The notes: a model not told the origin generated them from the sequence alone. A stretch of 64,000 nucleotides of DNA from Myxococcales bacterium (GCA_947496715.1 CANMDT010000006.1:1121-65120); one strand, 5' to 3'. Counted from the first letter of the stretch, positions 48,731 to 59,493 are shown. A program made the numbers and translations.

Positions 48731-49947
48731 GCGGGCGCGCTGTGAGAGCGATGCGCGGCTTCACGCTGGTGGAGCTGCTGATCGCGGTGTTGCTCAGTTC
48801 GATCGTGATCATCGCGCTGGGTACGCTGATCACGAATGCGACGAAGGTGTTTGATACGACCTCGCAGTCAGGGCTGGCGCTGGAGCGGCTTCACATGGCG
48901 CTGGATGTGGTGCGGAACGATCTGAGGACGGCCGGCTACGAGATGGCGCCGAATGCGGGATTGGACGATCCGCGGCTCTACAAGGGGCTCCGGAAGCCCT
49001 GTGCCAACCCGAGTTGGATGGGCAGCGAGAAGTTCGTGGCGGTGAAGCTGCTCGACGGCGGCGCCACGCTGGCGCTGTCGGGCTCTGATGCCGACGCCTT
49101 CCCGCCGGCAAGTTATGTGTCTGGCAAGAAGCCCGACCGCCTGGAGCTTGCGGGGGCCTTCCGAACGGGGCAGCGGTTTCATCCCGACACGGTCGCGCCG
49201 GGCGCTTCGTCGCTCACCTTGTTCAACCCATCGATGAGCAACGAGCTGGCGGCCTATGTCTTTGACGGCGCGATTCTGGGCGTCGTGAACAAGCAGGGCG
49301 GCATGCAGTTTCTGCGCGCCGGGGTTGTGACCTGGGGTAACCCGACGGGTGTTGTCGGATTGGATGCGGGCGACACCTTCTTGGGCGAGGTGGGCGACTT
49401 CGGGAGCGACTCTCTCTGCCGCTTCGACTTCCTCGACAAGAGCGACGTCATCGTGTCGCTGCAGCGTGTGGCCTACGACGTGGTTCAGGACCCTGTGGCT
49501 GCGACCGACTTCCTGCTGGTCCGCGAGGAGCTCGACGCTTCTGGCGCCTCCTTGGACCCTCCGCGACGGGTCATCATCGCGCGGAACATCGTGGACTTTC
49601 AGGTCTGGTTTGACGGCGTCGCGGGGGCCGCGGGGCTGGTGCCGGACATGCAGAACGATGGCGATCGGAGCGGCGAGGTCTGGTCGGACGACGAGGGGAC
49701 GATCCCGAACGAGAAGATGGGCGGTACCTCGGATGTTCAGGTGGAGCGGGCACGGTATGCCTATCTTCAGATTTCGGCGCGGTTTGACGGCCCGACGAAG
49801 GGGCTGGCGGCAGATGGTTCTGGCGAGGCCCTCAAGCAGACCTTCCCGCTCTACCCGAATGTTCCTGGCTCGGAGGAGCGTTCCTATGTCTCGACGGTCC
49901 GCGGCGAGGTGACGCTCACCAACTTCGCCTTCGCCGATGTGCGATAA
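48727..49947 (+). CDS. pilW: Type IV pilus minor pilin PilW-like
   Basis: MRGFTLVELLIAVLLSSIVIIALG. GTG start overlapping the pilV stop. 406 aa. Confidence 0.65.
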   Translation: MSGRAVRAMRGFTLVELLIAVLLSSIVIIALGTLITNATKVFDTTSQSGLALERLHMALDVVRNDLRTAGYEMAPNAGLDDPRLYKGLRKPCANPSWMGSEKFVAVKLLDGGATLALSGSDADAFPPASYVSGKKPDRLELAGAFRTGQRFHPDTVAPGASSLTLFNPSMSNELAAYVFDGAILGVVNKQGGMQFLRAGVVTWGNPTGVVGLDAGDTFLGEVGDFGSDSLCRFDFLDKSDVIVSLQRVAYDVVQDPVAATDFLLVREELDASGASLDPPRRVIIARNIVDFQVWFDGVAGAAGLVPDMQNDGDRSGEVWSDDEGTIPNEKMGGTSDVQVERARYAYLQISARFDGPTKGLAADGSGEALKQTFPLYPNVPGSEERSYVSTVRGEVTLTNFAFADVR

Positions 49948-49957
49948 GGGAGCCAAG

Positions 49958-50614
49958 ATGAAGCAACTTCAGCCCAAGAAAGTGAGCGAGCGGGGCAGTG
50001 CGCTGATCATTTCGCTGCTTGTACTGATGGCGTTGACCGGGCTGGGTGCGGTGGCCTTCACCTCGGCGATTTCGGGTGCGCAGGCGTCGCGGTTACGCCG
50101 TTCTACGGCGCAGGCGTCACAGATCACCGAGGGTGCGATGGCGGCGGCTGTGAATGCGCTGCAGTGCCAGTCGCTGGCCGATGCCATCGTGCAGCTGGCG
50201 ACCAATTCTCCGACGCGGACCGCGGCGCTGGAGAAGAATGTGGACCTGCAGTGCAAGACCACCTTCGTCACGGGCCAAGATTCGGCGTCGGCCTTTGGCG
50301 TCTACGCGGCGACCTCCGCGGGGGAACAGTCGGGCATGCAGCCAGCCTACTATGTGACCTATCGGAACCCCGTGGACGCGCGCCACGCTGCGGGCTCGGA
50401 GGTGGGTAAATACTGCCTCAAGCGGCTCGAAGTGAGCGTGGTTGGGGCGGTGGCGCCGCTGCTGGCGGAGGAGCTGATTGACGCAGATCAGCGGGCCTTG
50501 GACACCACAAATGACAGTTCGCTCGGGCGTTCGAACGCGGCGGGTTCGATGCGGAGCCGGATGGACGCAGAGGTCTTCGCGGGGCCGTTTCCCTGCTCGC
50601 AGACGGAGAAGTAG
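49958..50614 (+). CDS. pilX: Type IV pilus assembly protein PilX-like
   Basis: SERGSALIISLLVLMALTGLG, the N-terminal PilX domain. GGGAG ribosome-binding site. Confidence 0.6.
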   Translation: MKQLQPKKVSERGSALIISLLVLMALTGLGAVAFTSAISGAQASRLRRSTAQASQITEGAMAAAVNALQCQSLADAIVQLATNSPTRTAALEKNVDLQCKTTFVTGQDSASAFGVYAATSAGEQSGMQPAYYVTYRNPVDARHAAGSEVGKYCLKRLEVSVVGAVAPLLAEELIDADQRALDTTNDSSLGRSNAAGSMRSRMDAEVFAGPFPCSQTEK

Positions 50615-50616
50615 CG

Positions 50617-53600
50617 ATGCGGCACTGCAATAGGATTTTAGGGCTCGGCGCGGGGCTGCTCGGCGGTCTGCTGCTTCCGGCGCTGGCGTTAGGTCAGGAG
50701 TCGGGCGCGGAGTCGCAGCCGGTCTCGACGCCTTCGGTGCTCATCATCCTCGATTCCAGCGGGAGCATGGACTTCACCTCGGTGCCCGACACGGTGCCGT
50801 CGGTCTGTGTGGACCCGACATCGCTGCCGCTCGGCGCGCCGCCAACCTATTTGACGGACAACGAGCGGACCCGGATGATGATCGCCAAAGAGGCGCTGAC
50901 CGGCACGGTGGCGAACCGCTTCTGCGCGGCCGACGGCCGGACCACCTCGGGGCGCATCGACACCATCAACGGGGCGCGTCCCCAGGGCTTCCAGCACAGC
51001 CTGCTCTGCGCCTACGACGGCAACCCCACAACCTCCGACTGTGACCCTGCACAGCTGCCCGCTTCGCAGGCCTCCAACGGGCTGCTTGATGACCTTCGTG
51101 ATACCGTCAACTTCGGGTTCATGACCTACGACTCCTTCCCCGAGTCGGCGACCGATAGTTCGGGCATGTGGTCGTATGGCAACGCGAACACCACCTCGGG
51201 CGGCGCGACGATTCCCTGCGGCAGCGGGACCTGCGTGAACCTGGGTGTGCGTCGCCTCTCAACGGGCGCGAGCGATAGCATCCTGGGTCCGACCATCCCG
51301 CCGCTCAACCCGACGACCGACACGCTGGCCTTCCGTCAGGCGAACAACCTGACAGTGCAGGGGGCGATCCTCGAATCGATCCCCTACTGGTCCACGCCCA
51401 TCGCTGCGGCGCTCGAAGACACGGTCCGCTTCTACACAGGCCCTGCTGCCTCGACGGGGATCTGCGGCGCGGGCTCGTGCGACTATTCGCTCGGCCAGCC
51501 AGATCCGCTGGCGGATTGCCGAGATCGCAACGTCATCCTCATCACAGACGGCGAAGACTCGTTCGAGTCCTGTTACGCAGGCGCTTCGTCGTCGGGCTCG
51601 GGTGAGGGCGCGACGGGTTGCGAGGGCTACTGGTATGATCAGGCGACAGCCTATGCGGCTGACCTCGCAGACATGGGCATCGACCTCTATGTGGTGGCCT
51701 TCAATGTGTCGGGGACCGGGCTCATCTTTGATGCGATTGCTGAGGCGAACAAGCCGGGTCGCAAGGCCTTCATCGCGAACACGCAGGACGAACTGCGCTT
51801 TCAGTTGAGCGCGGTGCTGAGCTCGGTGCTGGCGGGCGAGGCGTCGCGGGTCGCGCCGCTGACGACGACGCGGACGGCGGAGTACCGCAGCGCGGGGACC
51901 ATCGGGACCTACAACATGTGGGCGATTTCGACAGTGCATGCCGACTCGCCCTATTGGTCGGGCGATGTGTTGCGCCGGCAGTTTGGCTGCGCGGGGACGG
52001 TGCTCGAGGAGGATCTGGGGGCTCGTATCCTCTTCTCGTCGTGGCTGGATGAACTCGACGCGTCGGAGCTTCGGACTGACCGCAAACTCTACACGCCGCA
52101 GCCGCAGGTGCATGGCTGCGCGCTGCCCAATCGTGAGAGCCTGTTTGCCGACACGCATGGCCTCATTGGCAGTACGTTGACGAACGCTACCTACGGTGTG
52201 AGCAACGCCGAGATTGTGGCGGCCTGTTCGGCAACGGGGCTCCCGGGTTCCGACGTGACGGCGTCGGCAGCCTGTATCGACCTGACCGACGGCGTGAAGG
52301 GAATCGGGATCACGCTGACGGAGGAGAACACGATGGCCGATTCGTGTCTCACGGAGCTTCGCGACGTGGTGACGCAGGCCGCGGCGAACTATGCGCTGTT
52401 CAATGTCGCGACCGCGAACGAGGCGGAGTTGGTGACGGACTGGACCTTCGGGGAGACCATCAGCGAACTCTGGCAGAACGCGGACTATCGGGCGCCGTTG
52501 GAGATGCTCCTGCCGGCGAGCATCCCGCTGACCGGCGCGGGGATTCCCGCAGCCAACGACCGACAGAGCCGTATGGGAGACATCTTCCACTCGACCCCTG
52601 AGGTTGTGGGGGCACCTGACCCTGAGCTCGATTTCAGCGTGGCCTACCGGACCTTCGCCGAGACGGTCGCGAGCCGCCCGACGATGCTCTATGCCAACAC
52701 GAACGACGGGCTGCTGCACGCCTTCAACACCGAGACGGGCGAGGAGGCCTGGGCGATGACGCCGGCCTCGCTCCTGCCGAAGTTGAAGTCGACGCTTTCC
52801 GGACATGCGCTGACGATGGACGGTTCGCCTGTTGCGCAAGATGTGCGGGTCTACCGCGGCCCGACTGCGAGCAGCTTTGAGGAGCGCTGGAAGACGGTTC
52901 TGGTGACCGGCTACCGCGGCGGCGGGCGGGGTTACACGGCGATGGATGTGAGCGATCCGCTCGCGCCGAAGTTCCTCTGGGAGCTCGATTCGGAGCTCGA
53001 CCCGCAGCTCGGTTACACCTTCGGCGAGCCGGCGCTGGGCACGGTCTTTGTGGCCGACTGCACCGCATCGGGCGCATCGTGCGAGAAGGGCGTTGCGATC
53101 CTGCCTGGCGGCCTGCCGTCGACGGGCGTCGCGGGCTTTTCGGCAACGCGCATCGGCAGGGTGCTCTATGTGGTGGAGCTCGAGACGGGGAAGGTGCTCC
53201 GCCGCTTCGATCGCTGGAACGATTCGACGGGCGATGAGCAGGTCTTTCCGGCTCCCTTCTCCGGCTCGATGGCCGCCTTTGACGTCTTTGCCGACGCGAC
53301 GGTGTCGCGCGCCTTTGTGGGTGATGCAGCGGGCAACATGTGGCGCATCGACATGTCGAGCGCCGACCTGACGGAGTGGGAGGTGACGAAGTTCTTCGAC
53401 CCGATCACCACGCTCGAACTTTACAGTTCGGGATCGGGCGAGCCGGACCCCGGCACGCTCGACTTTGGCGCGATCTTCTACCGACCGACGATAGCGCTCC
53501 GTCGGGCCGACGGTCGCGCGGTGGTGGTGTTTGGCTACGGCAACGTAGACGACCTTCGCTCGGTCGACGCCGAGAAGAACTATGTGGTTTCGGTGGTCGA

Positions 53601-54222
53601 GAAGCCGATCATCAGCAACACGACGGGGCTTGTGACAGGCATCGAAGGCGACATGAATTGGATGCTCGAACTGGCAGCCAACGAGAAGGTCTCGGCGCGG
53701 CCACGCATCTTTGATGAGACGGCCTACTTTGCCACCTTCCTGCCCGAGACGGGGAGTGCGAGCTGCTCGATGGGCAAGGCGCGGGTCTATGGCATCGACT
53801 TCCAGGGGACGGACGCTGCGGAGCGGCACATCGTCGACACGATTGACCGGGATGTGACCTTTGTTCCGCGTCTGACGGAGGCGCCGCTCGATCCGACGAG
53901 CGTCGACAAGGTGCCTTACTGGGAGTCCGGAACGGTGGATGCGTCGGTGATTGCCGAGAACTCGATCGTCTACTCGCTCGACATCACGCGGCCGGTGAGC
54001 TGCTATGAGACGTCGGCGGTGAGCGATCCGTTCGGTGGGAGCCGGGTGAAGTTCGGGGGCATTTCTGACGCAGGCTGGTCGCTCCAGATTGGTGCTTCGG
54101 GCCAGTCGGCGGCGAGCGACACGGCGGCCTCGGCGCAGGCCTCCAGCCAGACCTCGGTTGACCTCGATACGCAGAAGCCCCTCAACTCGTTTCCGACGAG
54201 TTGGGGCGTGATCGTGGAGTAG
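50617..54222 (+). CDS. pilY1: PilY1-like type IV pilus tip adhesin with an N-terminal von Willebrand A domain
   Basis: Signal peptide. The vWA domain opens VLIILDSSGSMD (MIDAS). The C-terminal beta-propeller block is MLYANTNDGLLHAFNTETGEEAWAMTP. Confidence 0.75.
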   Translation: MRHCNRILGLGAGLLGGLLLPALALGQESGAESQPVSTPSVLIILDSSGSMDFTSVPDTVPSVCVDPTSLPLGAPPTYLTDNERTRMMIAKEALTGTVANRFCAADGRTTSGRIDTINGARPQGFQHSLLCAYDGNPTTSDCDPAQLPASQASNGLLDDLRDTVNFGFMTYDSFPESATDSSGMWSYGNANTTSGGATIPCGSGTCVNLGVRRLSTGASDSILGPTIPPLNPTTDTLAFRQANNLTVQGAILESIPYWSTPIAAALEDTVRFYTGPAASTGICGAGSCDYSLGQPDPLADCRDRNVILITDGEDSFESCYAGASSSGSGEGATGCEGYWYDQATAYAADLADMGIDLYVVAFNVSGTGLIFDAIAEANKPGRKAFIANTQDELRFQLSAVLSSVLAGEASRVAPLTTTRTAEYRSAGTIGTYNMWAISTVHADSPYWSGDVLRRQFGCAGTVLEEDLGARILFSSWLDELDASELRTDRKLYTPQPQVHGCALPNRESLFADTHGLIGSTLTNATYGVSNAEIVAACSATGLPGSDVTASAACIDLTDGVKGIGITLTEENTMADSCLTELRDVVTQAAANYALFNVATANEAELVTDWTFGETISELWQNADYRAPLEMLLPASIPLTGAGIPAANDRQSRMGDIFHSTPEVVGAPDPELDFSVAYRTFAETVASRPTMLYANTNDGLLHAFNTETGEEAWAMTPASLLPKLKSTLSGHALTMDGSPVAQDVRVYRGPTASSFEERWKTVLVTGYRGGGRGYTAMDVSDPLAPKFLWELDSELDPQLGYTFGEPALGTVFVADCTASGASCEKGVAILPGGLPSTGVAGFSATRIGRVLYVVELETGKVLRRFDRWNDSTGDEQVFPAPFSGSMAAFDVFADATVSRAFVGDAAGNMWRIDMSSADLTEWEVTKFFDPITTLELYSSGSGEPDPGTLDFGAIFYRPTIALRRADGRAVVVFGYGNVDDLRSVDAEKNYVVSVVEKPIISNTTGLVTGIEGDMNWMLELAANEKVSARPRIFDETAYFATFLPETGSASCSMGKARVYGIDFQGTDAAERHIVDTIDRDVTFVPRLTEAPLDPTSVDKVPYWESGTVDASVIAENSIVYSLDITRPVSCYETSAVSDPFGGSRVKFGGISDAGWSLQIGASGQSAASDTAASAQASSQTSVDLDTQKPLNSFPTSWGVIVE

Positions 54223-54226
54223 GGCG

Positions 54227-55000
54227 ATGATGGCGCGCAGGCTCACACTGTTCTTTGTTCTGCTCCTCGTTTCGGCCTGTGACCGTGGTGCGGCGCCGGC
54301 CTCTCCTGCTGGTCCTGCTGCTTCGGTTTCGGCCTCCGGAGATGGCTCCGGAGCGAGCGTCGACCTGCCCATCTTCGGGCTCCCGCGGCTGCCGGGAACG
54401 CAGGTGGAGTTCATGTCGGAGGCGCTGGCCCATGCCCGCATTGCATCGAGCGTGCGGGATACGGTTTCGAGGCTCCTTGAGGCCGACAAGCGGTTCGCCG
54501 TCACCCGCTTCGACGGCGGCACGCGGCTGGTCTCGATGGATGGCAGCAGCCGCAGCATCTTTGTCTACCGGCTGCCAGGCGAGGGTGACACGATGCTCTC
54601 CTACTTTGCTGCTGCGCGGCCGCAGGAGGTTGGCGACGGCTCGGCGGCCCCGCCGCCGGCTGCTGCAACGTCGGGGCCGCAGCAGGTTCGCCGAGGTGCG
54701 TCGGCGCCCGGAGATCCGGCATCTTCAGGCGCTTCGGCCGGCCAGGGCGGTATCAAGGTTGGCAGCGACGGGCTGCGGTTCAGCCGTCCCGACTCCGTCG
54801 CTGCGATGCAGCGGCTCCTTGAACGGCCTGCTCCCGTGACCAAGGGCGGCGCTCGCCGCACTGTCCCCAACCAACCCATCTTGGACGCGGCCGGTCGGCC
54901 GACGGGGTATGAGCGCACGCTCTACGGCCGCGTGGTCCGTTCGAGCCCGCCGCCGCGCGTTACGCCTGTGCGGCGGAACGACAGCGTGTCGCAGTATTGA
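54227..55000 (+). CDS. Hypothetical lipoprotein, in the PilY2-like position
   Basis: Lipobox LLLVSAC. 257 aa. Tightly follows pilY1. Confidence 0.5.
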   Translation: MMARRLTLFFVLLLVSACDRGAAPASPAGPAASVSASGDGSGASVDLPIFGLPRLPGTQVEFMSEALAHARIASSVRDTVSRLLEADKRFAVTRFDGGTRLVSMDGSSRSIFVYRLPGEGDTMLSYFAAARPQEVGDGSAAPPPAAATSGPQQVRRGASAPGDPASSGASAGQGGIKVGSDGLRFSRPDSVAAMQRLLERPAPVTKGGARRTVPNQPILDAAGRPTGYERTLYGRVVRSSPPPRVTPVRRNDSVSQY

Positions 55001-55025
55001 GTCGCCCGTGACGAAAGGGCTGCTC

Positions 55026-56189
55026 ATGGCCCTGCTGCTCCTGCTCCCAGCGGGCGTTGCGTGGGCCGACGCATGGGGCGACGACTGCAACGCCTGCCCA
55101 CCCGGTGCCCGCTGGCGCGACGGCGCTGCTGTAACCTTCGAGGTGCCCGCCACGGTGCTCAGTGGCAGCTTGGCCTACGACCTGCGCGATGCCATGCGCG
55201 CCTGGCAGGAGGGGCCCTGCGTGGCACCGGCGCTCACTGCAGAGGTGGTCGACCAGACGCGGTTTCAGCGCGATGGTTTGAACGCCGTGGTTTTCGTGGA
55301 GTCTGCCCCGGATTCCGGCAATGAGGAGTCGGTGATCGCTGCCACCTGCAACCGGTGCGATGCAGCGGGCTTCATCGTGGAGTCGGACATCGAACTGTTC
55401 GGCCCGGCTGAGCGGTGGAACGATAACTGCCTCAGCGCCTCGTTTTCGCAGCGCGGTGTGCTGCTGCATGAACTCGGCCACGCGCTCGGGCTCGACGACC
55501 GCTACGACGATGGCGGACGGGTGACATATGGCGTGGTGGGCTCCGGTCAGAGCCATCGATTTGGTAGCCCTGCAGCAGGCGATTTTGGGGAGTTGTGCGG
55601 CCTGTATGGGGTGCGTCCTGATGCAGCCCTCTTCACCCCCGTGGCCGAGGGCTGCGTCGACTCGTTCGGGCGTGCGGGAGAGCGTTGCGATGGCGAAGGG
55701 CCGAGCCCCGCAGGACTGCTCTGCGTGCAGTTTGAGGGCGCCTCGCGCTGGGCCTGGCGCTGTGACAGCTGGCAGGCGTGCGAGGCTGGGGCGACCTGCG
55801 TCCCGCTCGGTTCCGAGGAGGATGACGTCGGCTTCTGCAGGCCCGATGCTCCCGTTGTAGCAGCCGCGTTGGGCGACCCGTGCGAGCAGGATTCTGCGTG
55901 CGCAGAGGGCCTCTGCGCTGCGGAGGCTGGGCAGGCCGGGCGCTGCCTGCAGGAGTGCGGTCCGAGCCTTGCCTGCGGCGGTGCCTGTAGCGATGTGGTG
56001 AGCGCGGGTGGCTACCGCGGCCGGTGGTGCAGGCTGGCCGAGACGACGAAGCCTGCGGTGCGTGAAGCGCAGGGCTGCGCGACGGCCGCCGCCGTGGGTT
56101 GGCCTGCGGCGCTGTTGTTCGGATTTCTCCATGTGGCGCGCCGGCGTCGGCAGGCGATCCGGCTTGCCACTCGGGGTCCTGCGCCGTAA
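55026..56189 (+). CDS. Secreted metzincin-like zinc protease with a Cys-rich C-terminal region and a MYXO-CTERM-like sorting tail
   Basis: Signal peptide MALLLLLPAGVAWA. HELGHALGLDD (HExxHxxGxxD, snapalysin-like). Many Cys in 250-370. The C-terminus GCATAAAVGWPAALLFGFLHVARRRRQ has the pattern Cys, hydrophobic stretch, Arg cluster. Confidence 0.65.
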   Translation: MALLLLLPAGVAWADAWGDDCNACPPGARWRDGAAVTFEVPATVLSGSLAYDLRDAMRAWQEGPCVAPALTAEVVDQTRFQRDGLNAVVFVESAPDSGNEESVIAATCNRCDAAGFIVESDIELFGPAERWNDNCLSASFSQRGVLLHELGHALGLDDRYDDGGRVTYGVVGSGQSHRFGSPAAGDFGELCGLYGVRPDAALFTPVAEGCVDSFGRAGERCDGEGPSPAGLLCVQFEGASRWAWRCDSWQACEAGATCVPLGSEEDDVGFCRPDAPVVAAALGDPCEQDSACAEGLCAAEAGQAGRCLQECGPSLACGGACSDVVSAGGYRGRWCRLAETTKPAVREAQGCATAAAVGWPAALLFGFLHVARRRRQAIRLATRGPAP

Positions 56190-56221
56190 CGATTGGCACC
56201 GTTGTTCGAGCAAGGTGGCAG

Positions 56222-57934
56222 ATGTTCTTGGCTGGTTGGAGAGCGTTGGCGAGAGAGCGGGGGCGGGCTGTCTGCAGCCTCGTTGCTGCGCTCGCGTTGC
56301 TCCTGCCGTGGACCGCGCTGCAGGCCGGAGAGCTGACGCGGGGCGATCGGCTGGCGATCCTCTACAGCCCGCAGCTCCGCTTCTCTGCAGACCGTGAGCC
56401 GCTCATCCGCGTTGGCCTGATGGATGCCGCCGCCGAGGTGCGGCTGACGGCCAACACGCTTGTTCAGATCGACCCGATGGGCGATGGTGCGCTCGCGGTG
56501 GATGTGCCCGCAAACACAACGCTCACGGTGCGGATTCGGGGCGGCGAGCCGGGTCGCTATAGTTACGCCGTGGTGGTTTCGGAGCTGCCGGCCGACTCGC
56601 TCGCGGGTGCCGAGAGGCTGGTGTCGCAGTGGCAGGGGCTTGGCTGGGACGCAGAGGTGCTGCAGGTTGGTGCGGTGTTTGCGGTCGACGGGCAGCGGTT
56701 CGACACGCGCAAGCTGCTGATCGCGGTGGGGCGGACCTCGTCGCAGGCGGAGGCGGACTCTCTGACGGAGCGGCTCGCGACGGAGCGGGGCATCGAGGCG
56801 ACAGTACATTCGGAGCTGGCTGACTATCCGGGTGGCTGGTTCGATGTGTCGGGGCTACCGGGTGGCGTGGTGGTTCACAGCCGTGATCTCGCCTGGCTTC
56901 GCGGTCGGCCGGAGACGGTCTTTACGGTGGAAGATGTCGTCTATGATCGCGGGACGAAGGGCGAGGGCAAAGAGAAGCGCAGGTATGTGGGTTCGCTCAT
57001 TTTTGCCGCCGATCGCGGTGGGCAGATGGTGCTGGTGAACGAGGTTGGTTTGGAGCGGTTGGTGGAGGGCGTGCTGCCCTCGGAGATGTATGTCTCGGCG
57101 CCCGTCGAGGCGCTCCGCGCGCAGGCGGTTGCGGCCCGCTCCGAGGTGCTCGGCTCGCTTGGCACGCGCTACACCGCCGACCCCTACATGACCTGCTCCG
57201 ACCAGCGCTGCCAAGTCTACAAGGGCATCGGCGCAGAGTCGGCAACGACGACGGCGGCAGCGCGGCAGACGCGAGGCCTCGTGCTGGCGAGTGGCGACGC
57301 GCTCATCCGTGCCTCTTTCTCGGCCAACAATGGCGGCTTCGCGGGCGGCAACGACACCACGTGGGGGAGCGAGCCTCTTCCATACCTTCAGCCCCACTAC
57401 GATGGCGCGGAGGCCTCGTCGAAGTTTGCAGGCGGCATCGGTAGCGACGGTGCAGTCGCTGCCTTCCTCGCGGAGCCCGGCGACGTGTTGTCGAACATCC
57501 GTGAATTTGGCGCGCTGGCCTCGTTCCGCTGGCGGGTAGAGTTGAACGCAGCGCAGCTCGCCGAGGCGGTCGCAAAGCGGCAGTCTGTGGGCAAGGTGCG
57601 TTCCATCCGTGTTGCGGCGCGCGACCGGAGCGGCAGGGCGACGCGGCTCGAGCTGGAGGGCGACGCCGGGAGCCTGGTGGTGGAGCGTGAACTGAACATT
57701 CGCCGCACGCTCGGCAGCCTGCGGAGCGCGCTGTTTGTGCTTGAGCCGACGACGAACGCGGCGGGCTTCGTCGAGAAGTTGGTGATCCAGGGCGGTGGCT
57801 TCGGACATGGCGTGGGTATGTGTCAGACGGGCGCAATCGGCGCGGCGCAGCGGGGCTGGACGGCCGAGCAGATCCTTGAGCGGTACTATCCGGGAACTGC
57901 GCTCCGGAACCTTTATGCGGCCGGGGGCGAATGA
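56222..57934 (+). CDS. SpoIID/LytB-domain protein (amidase activator / lytic transglycosylase-like)
   Basis: C-terminal GGGFGHGVGMCQTGAIGAA motif. Signal peptide. Confidence 0.8.
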   Translation: MFLAGWRALARERGRAVCSLVAALALLLPWTALQAGELTRGDRLAILYSPQLRFSADREPLIRVGLMDAAAEVRLTANTLVQIDPMGDGALAVDVPANTTLTVRIRGGEPGRYSYAVVVSELPADSLAGAERLVSQWQGLGWDAEVLQVGAVFAVDGQRFDTRKLLIAVGRTSSQAEADSLTERLATERGIEATVHSELADYPGGWFDVSGLPGGVVVHSRDLAWLRGRPETVFTVEDVVYDRGTKGEGKEKRRYVGSLIFAADRGGQMVLVNEVGLERLVEGVLPSEMYVSAPVEALRAQAVAARSEVLGSLGTRYTADPYMTCSDQRCQVYKGIGAESATTTAAARQTRGLVLASGDALIRASFSANNGGFAGGNDTTWGSEPLPYLQPHYDGAEASSKFAGGIGSDGAVAAFLAEPGDVLSNIREFGALASFRWRVELNAAQLAEAVAKRQSVGKVRSIRVAARDRSGRATRLELEGDAGSLVVERELNIRRTLGSLRSALFVLEPTTNAAGFVEKLVIQGGGFGHGVGMCQTGAIGAAQRGWTAEQILERYYPGTALRNLYAAGGE

Positions 57935-59493
57935 GTCGCCAGTTTGGAGTCCTGCTGGCTGTCGTGTTGCTGCTTTGCAGCAGCGCTGCCCGGGCGAGTG
58001 AGGGGAGCGGGTTTACGGAGCTGCGGCTGACGCGGGCGGAGCTGCTCGCGGAGCTGTCGGCCCGCAACTCCGCGGTGGCCGAGGCGCTGGCTGCGGTGCG
58101 CGAGGCGGAGATAGCGGAGCGGGCGCTCGAGGCGCGCTGGTCGTGGGGGCTGCAGGCCTCTGTGGGCTATGACCAGAACGAGTCCTATCCGGGCGGCAGC
58201 GGTCGCGGCGAACTGAGCACCGACGGACTCGGGCGCTGGTCGATGGGGCTGGCGAAGGCGTTGCCGTGGGGCACCACCATGGCGCTGACGCTCGGTCAGC
58301 TCCGCCGGACGCAGTCTGTGCCCTGTTCGACCGGCAACGAGGAGGGGCTCTACATTCCCTGCCTCTTCTTCGGAGCCGACAAGAGCCCCATCGAGCTCGG
58401 GCCCTGGTTCACGACGGCCGTGAGCGTGACCTTGACGCAACCGCTGCTCAAGGGCGCCGGCCGTGGCGTTTCGGAGGTGGTAGAGCAGCAGGCTTCGCTG
58501 GAGTTGGAGGCGCGTCGCAAGAGCGCCTCCGGGCTGGTTGCGCGGGCCTCGCTCGAGGCGCTCACCCTCTACGCCCGCTGGGTTGCCGCGAACTCCGAAC
58601 TCGCCGACCTCCGCGCCTCGCTAGAGCGGTCCAAGCGGCTCACCGAGATGGCAACGGCGCTGGTCGAAGCGGACCAGCTGGCGGCGGTGGAGGTTGCCTC
58701 GTTCGAGGTGCGCGAGCTCTCGCTGCGCGAAGCCCTGATGACCGCGGAAGAGTCGCTCGCGCTTGTCGGTTCTGGACTGGCAGCGGCGATCGGCGCGCCG
58801 CCCGGCGTCGTGGTCGTCCCGACCGAGCCGCTGCGGAGCTGGCTGCCACCCTCCGAGGGCGCAGATGCGCTCTGCGCAGAGGCCATCGCCCTGGATCCGA
58901 GGCTGCAGGAGCTAGCGATGCGCCGGCAGCAGGCGGAGCTCGCGGTGGAGACGGCCCGGGAGGAGGGGCGCCCGTCGCTCGACCTGACAGGTTCGCTCTC
59001 GCCTTCGGGCACCTCCGACGGCTGGAGTGGGAGCCTCTCCGACGCTGCCTCCATGGAGGCCCGCGGCTACGGTGCCGCGCTTACGCTCACGATGCCGCTC
59101 GACAATGTCGCCGCCGACGCCCGGCTCGAGCAGTCGAGGCTCGTCGGAGAGCGGCTCCGCACGCAGCAGTCGGCGCTCGAAGCGACGGTCTGCCGCGAGG
59201 TGCGGGTGGGCCGCGAGCGGCTCGCGACCATGGGTGCGCGTCGGGAGCTGGCGACGCGCAGGAGCGAGGAGACCGCGCGGCTCCTTGCTGCGCGCGAGGC
59301 CAAGTTTGAGGCCGGCTACGGGACAATGGATGAACTCTTCGCTGCGCTCGAGGGCCACGAACAATCCCGCGCTGCGGAGCGTCGGATTGCTGCCGAGGAG
59401 GAGACGGCCCAGCTGCAGCTTCTCGCCGCGCGCGGTCGGCTCCTGTCGACCTTCGCAGAGGCCCCGGTCACCTCGGACGCGTCGTCCCCATGA
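57931..59493 (+). CDS. TolC-family outer membrane efflux protein
   Basis: Signal peptide. Two repeats of the coiled-coil plus beta-strand architecture. Start/stop overlaps with both neighbours (ATGA). Confidence 0.75.
   Translation: MSRQFGVLLAVVLLLCSSAARASEGSGFTELRLTRAELLAELSARNSAVAEALAAVREAEIAERALEARWSWGLQASVGYDQNESYPGGSGRGELSTDGLGRWSMGLAKALPWGTTMALTLGQLRRTQSVPCSTGNEEGLYIPCLFFGADKSPIELGPWFTTAVSVTLTQPLLKGAGRGVSEVVEQQASLELEARRKSASGLVARASLEALTLYARWVAANSELADLRASLERSKRLTEMATALVEADQLAAVEVASFEVRELSLREALMTAEESLALVGSGLAAAIGAPPGVVVVPTEPLRSWLPPSEGADALCAEAIALDPRLQELAMRRQQAELAVETAREEGRPSLDLTGSLSPSGTSDGWSGSLSDAASMEARGYGAALTLTMPLDNVAADARLEQSRLVGERLRTQQSALEATVCREVRVGRERLATMGARRELATRRSEETARLLAAREAKFEAGYGTMDELFAALEGHEQSRAAERRIAAEEETAQLQLLAARGRLLSTFAEAPVTSDASSP

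Noticed and set aside
51259-54558. 1099-aa minus ORF
   Set aside because: Arg-rich antisense of pilY1.
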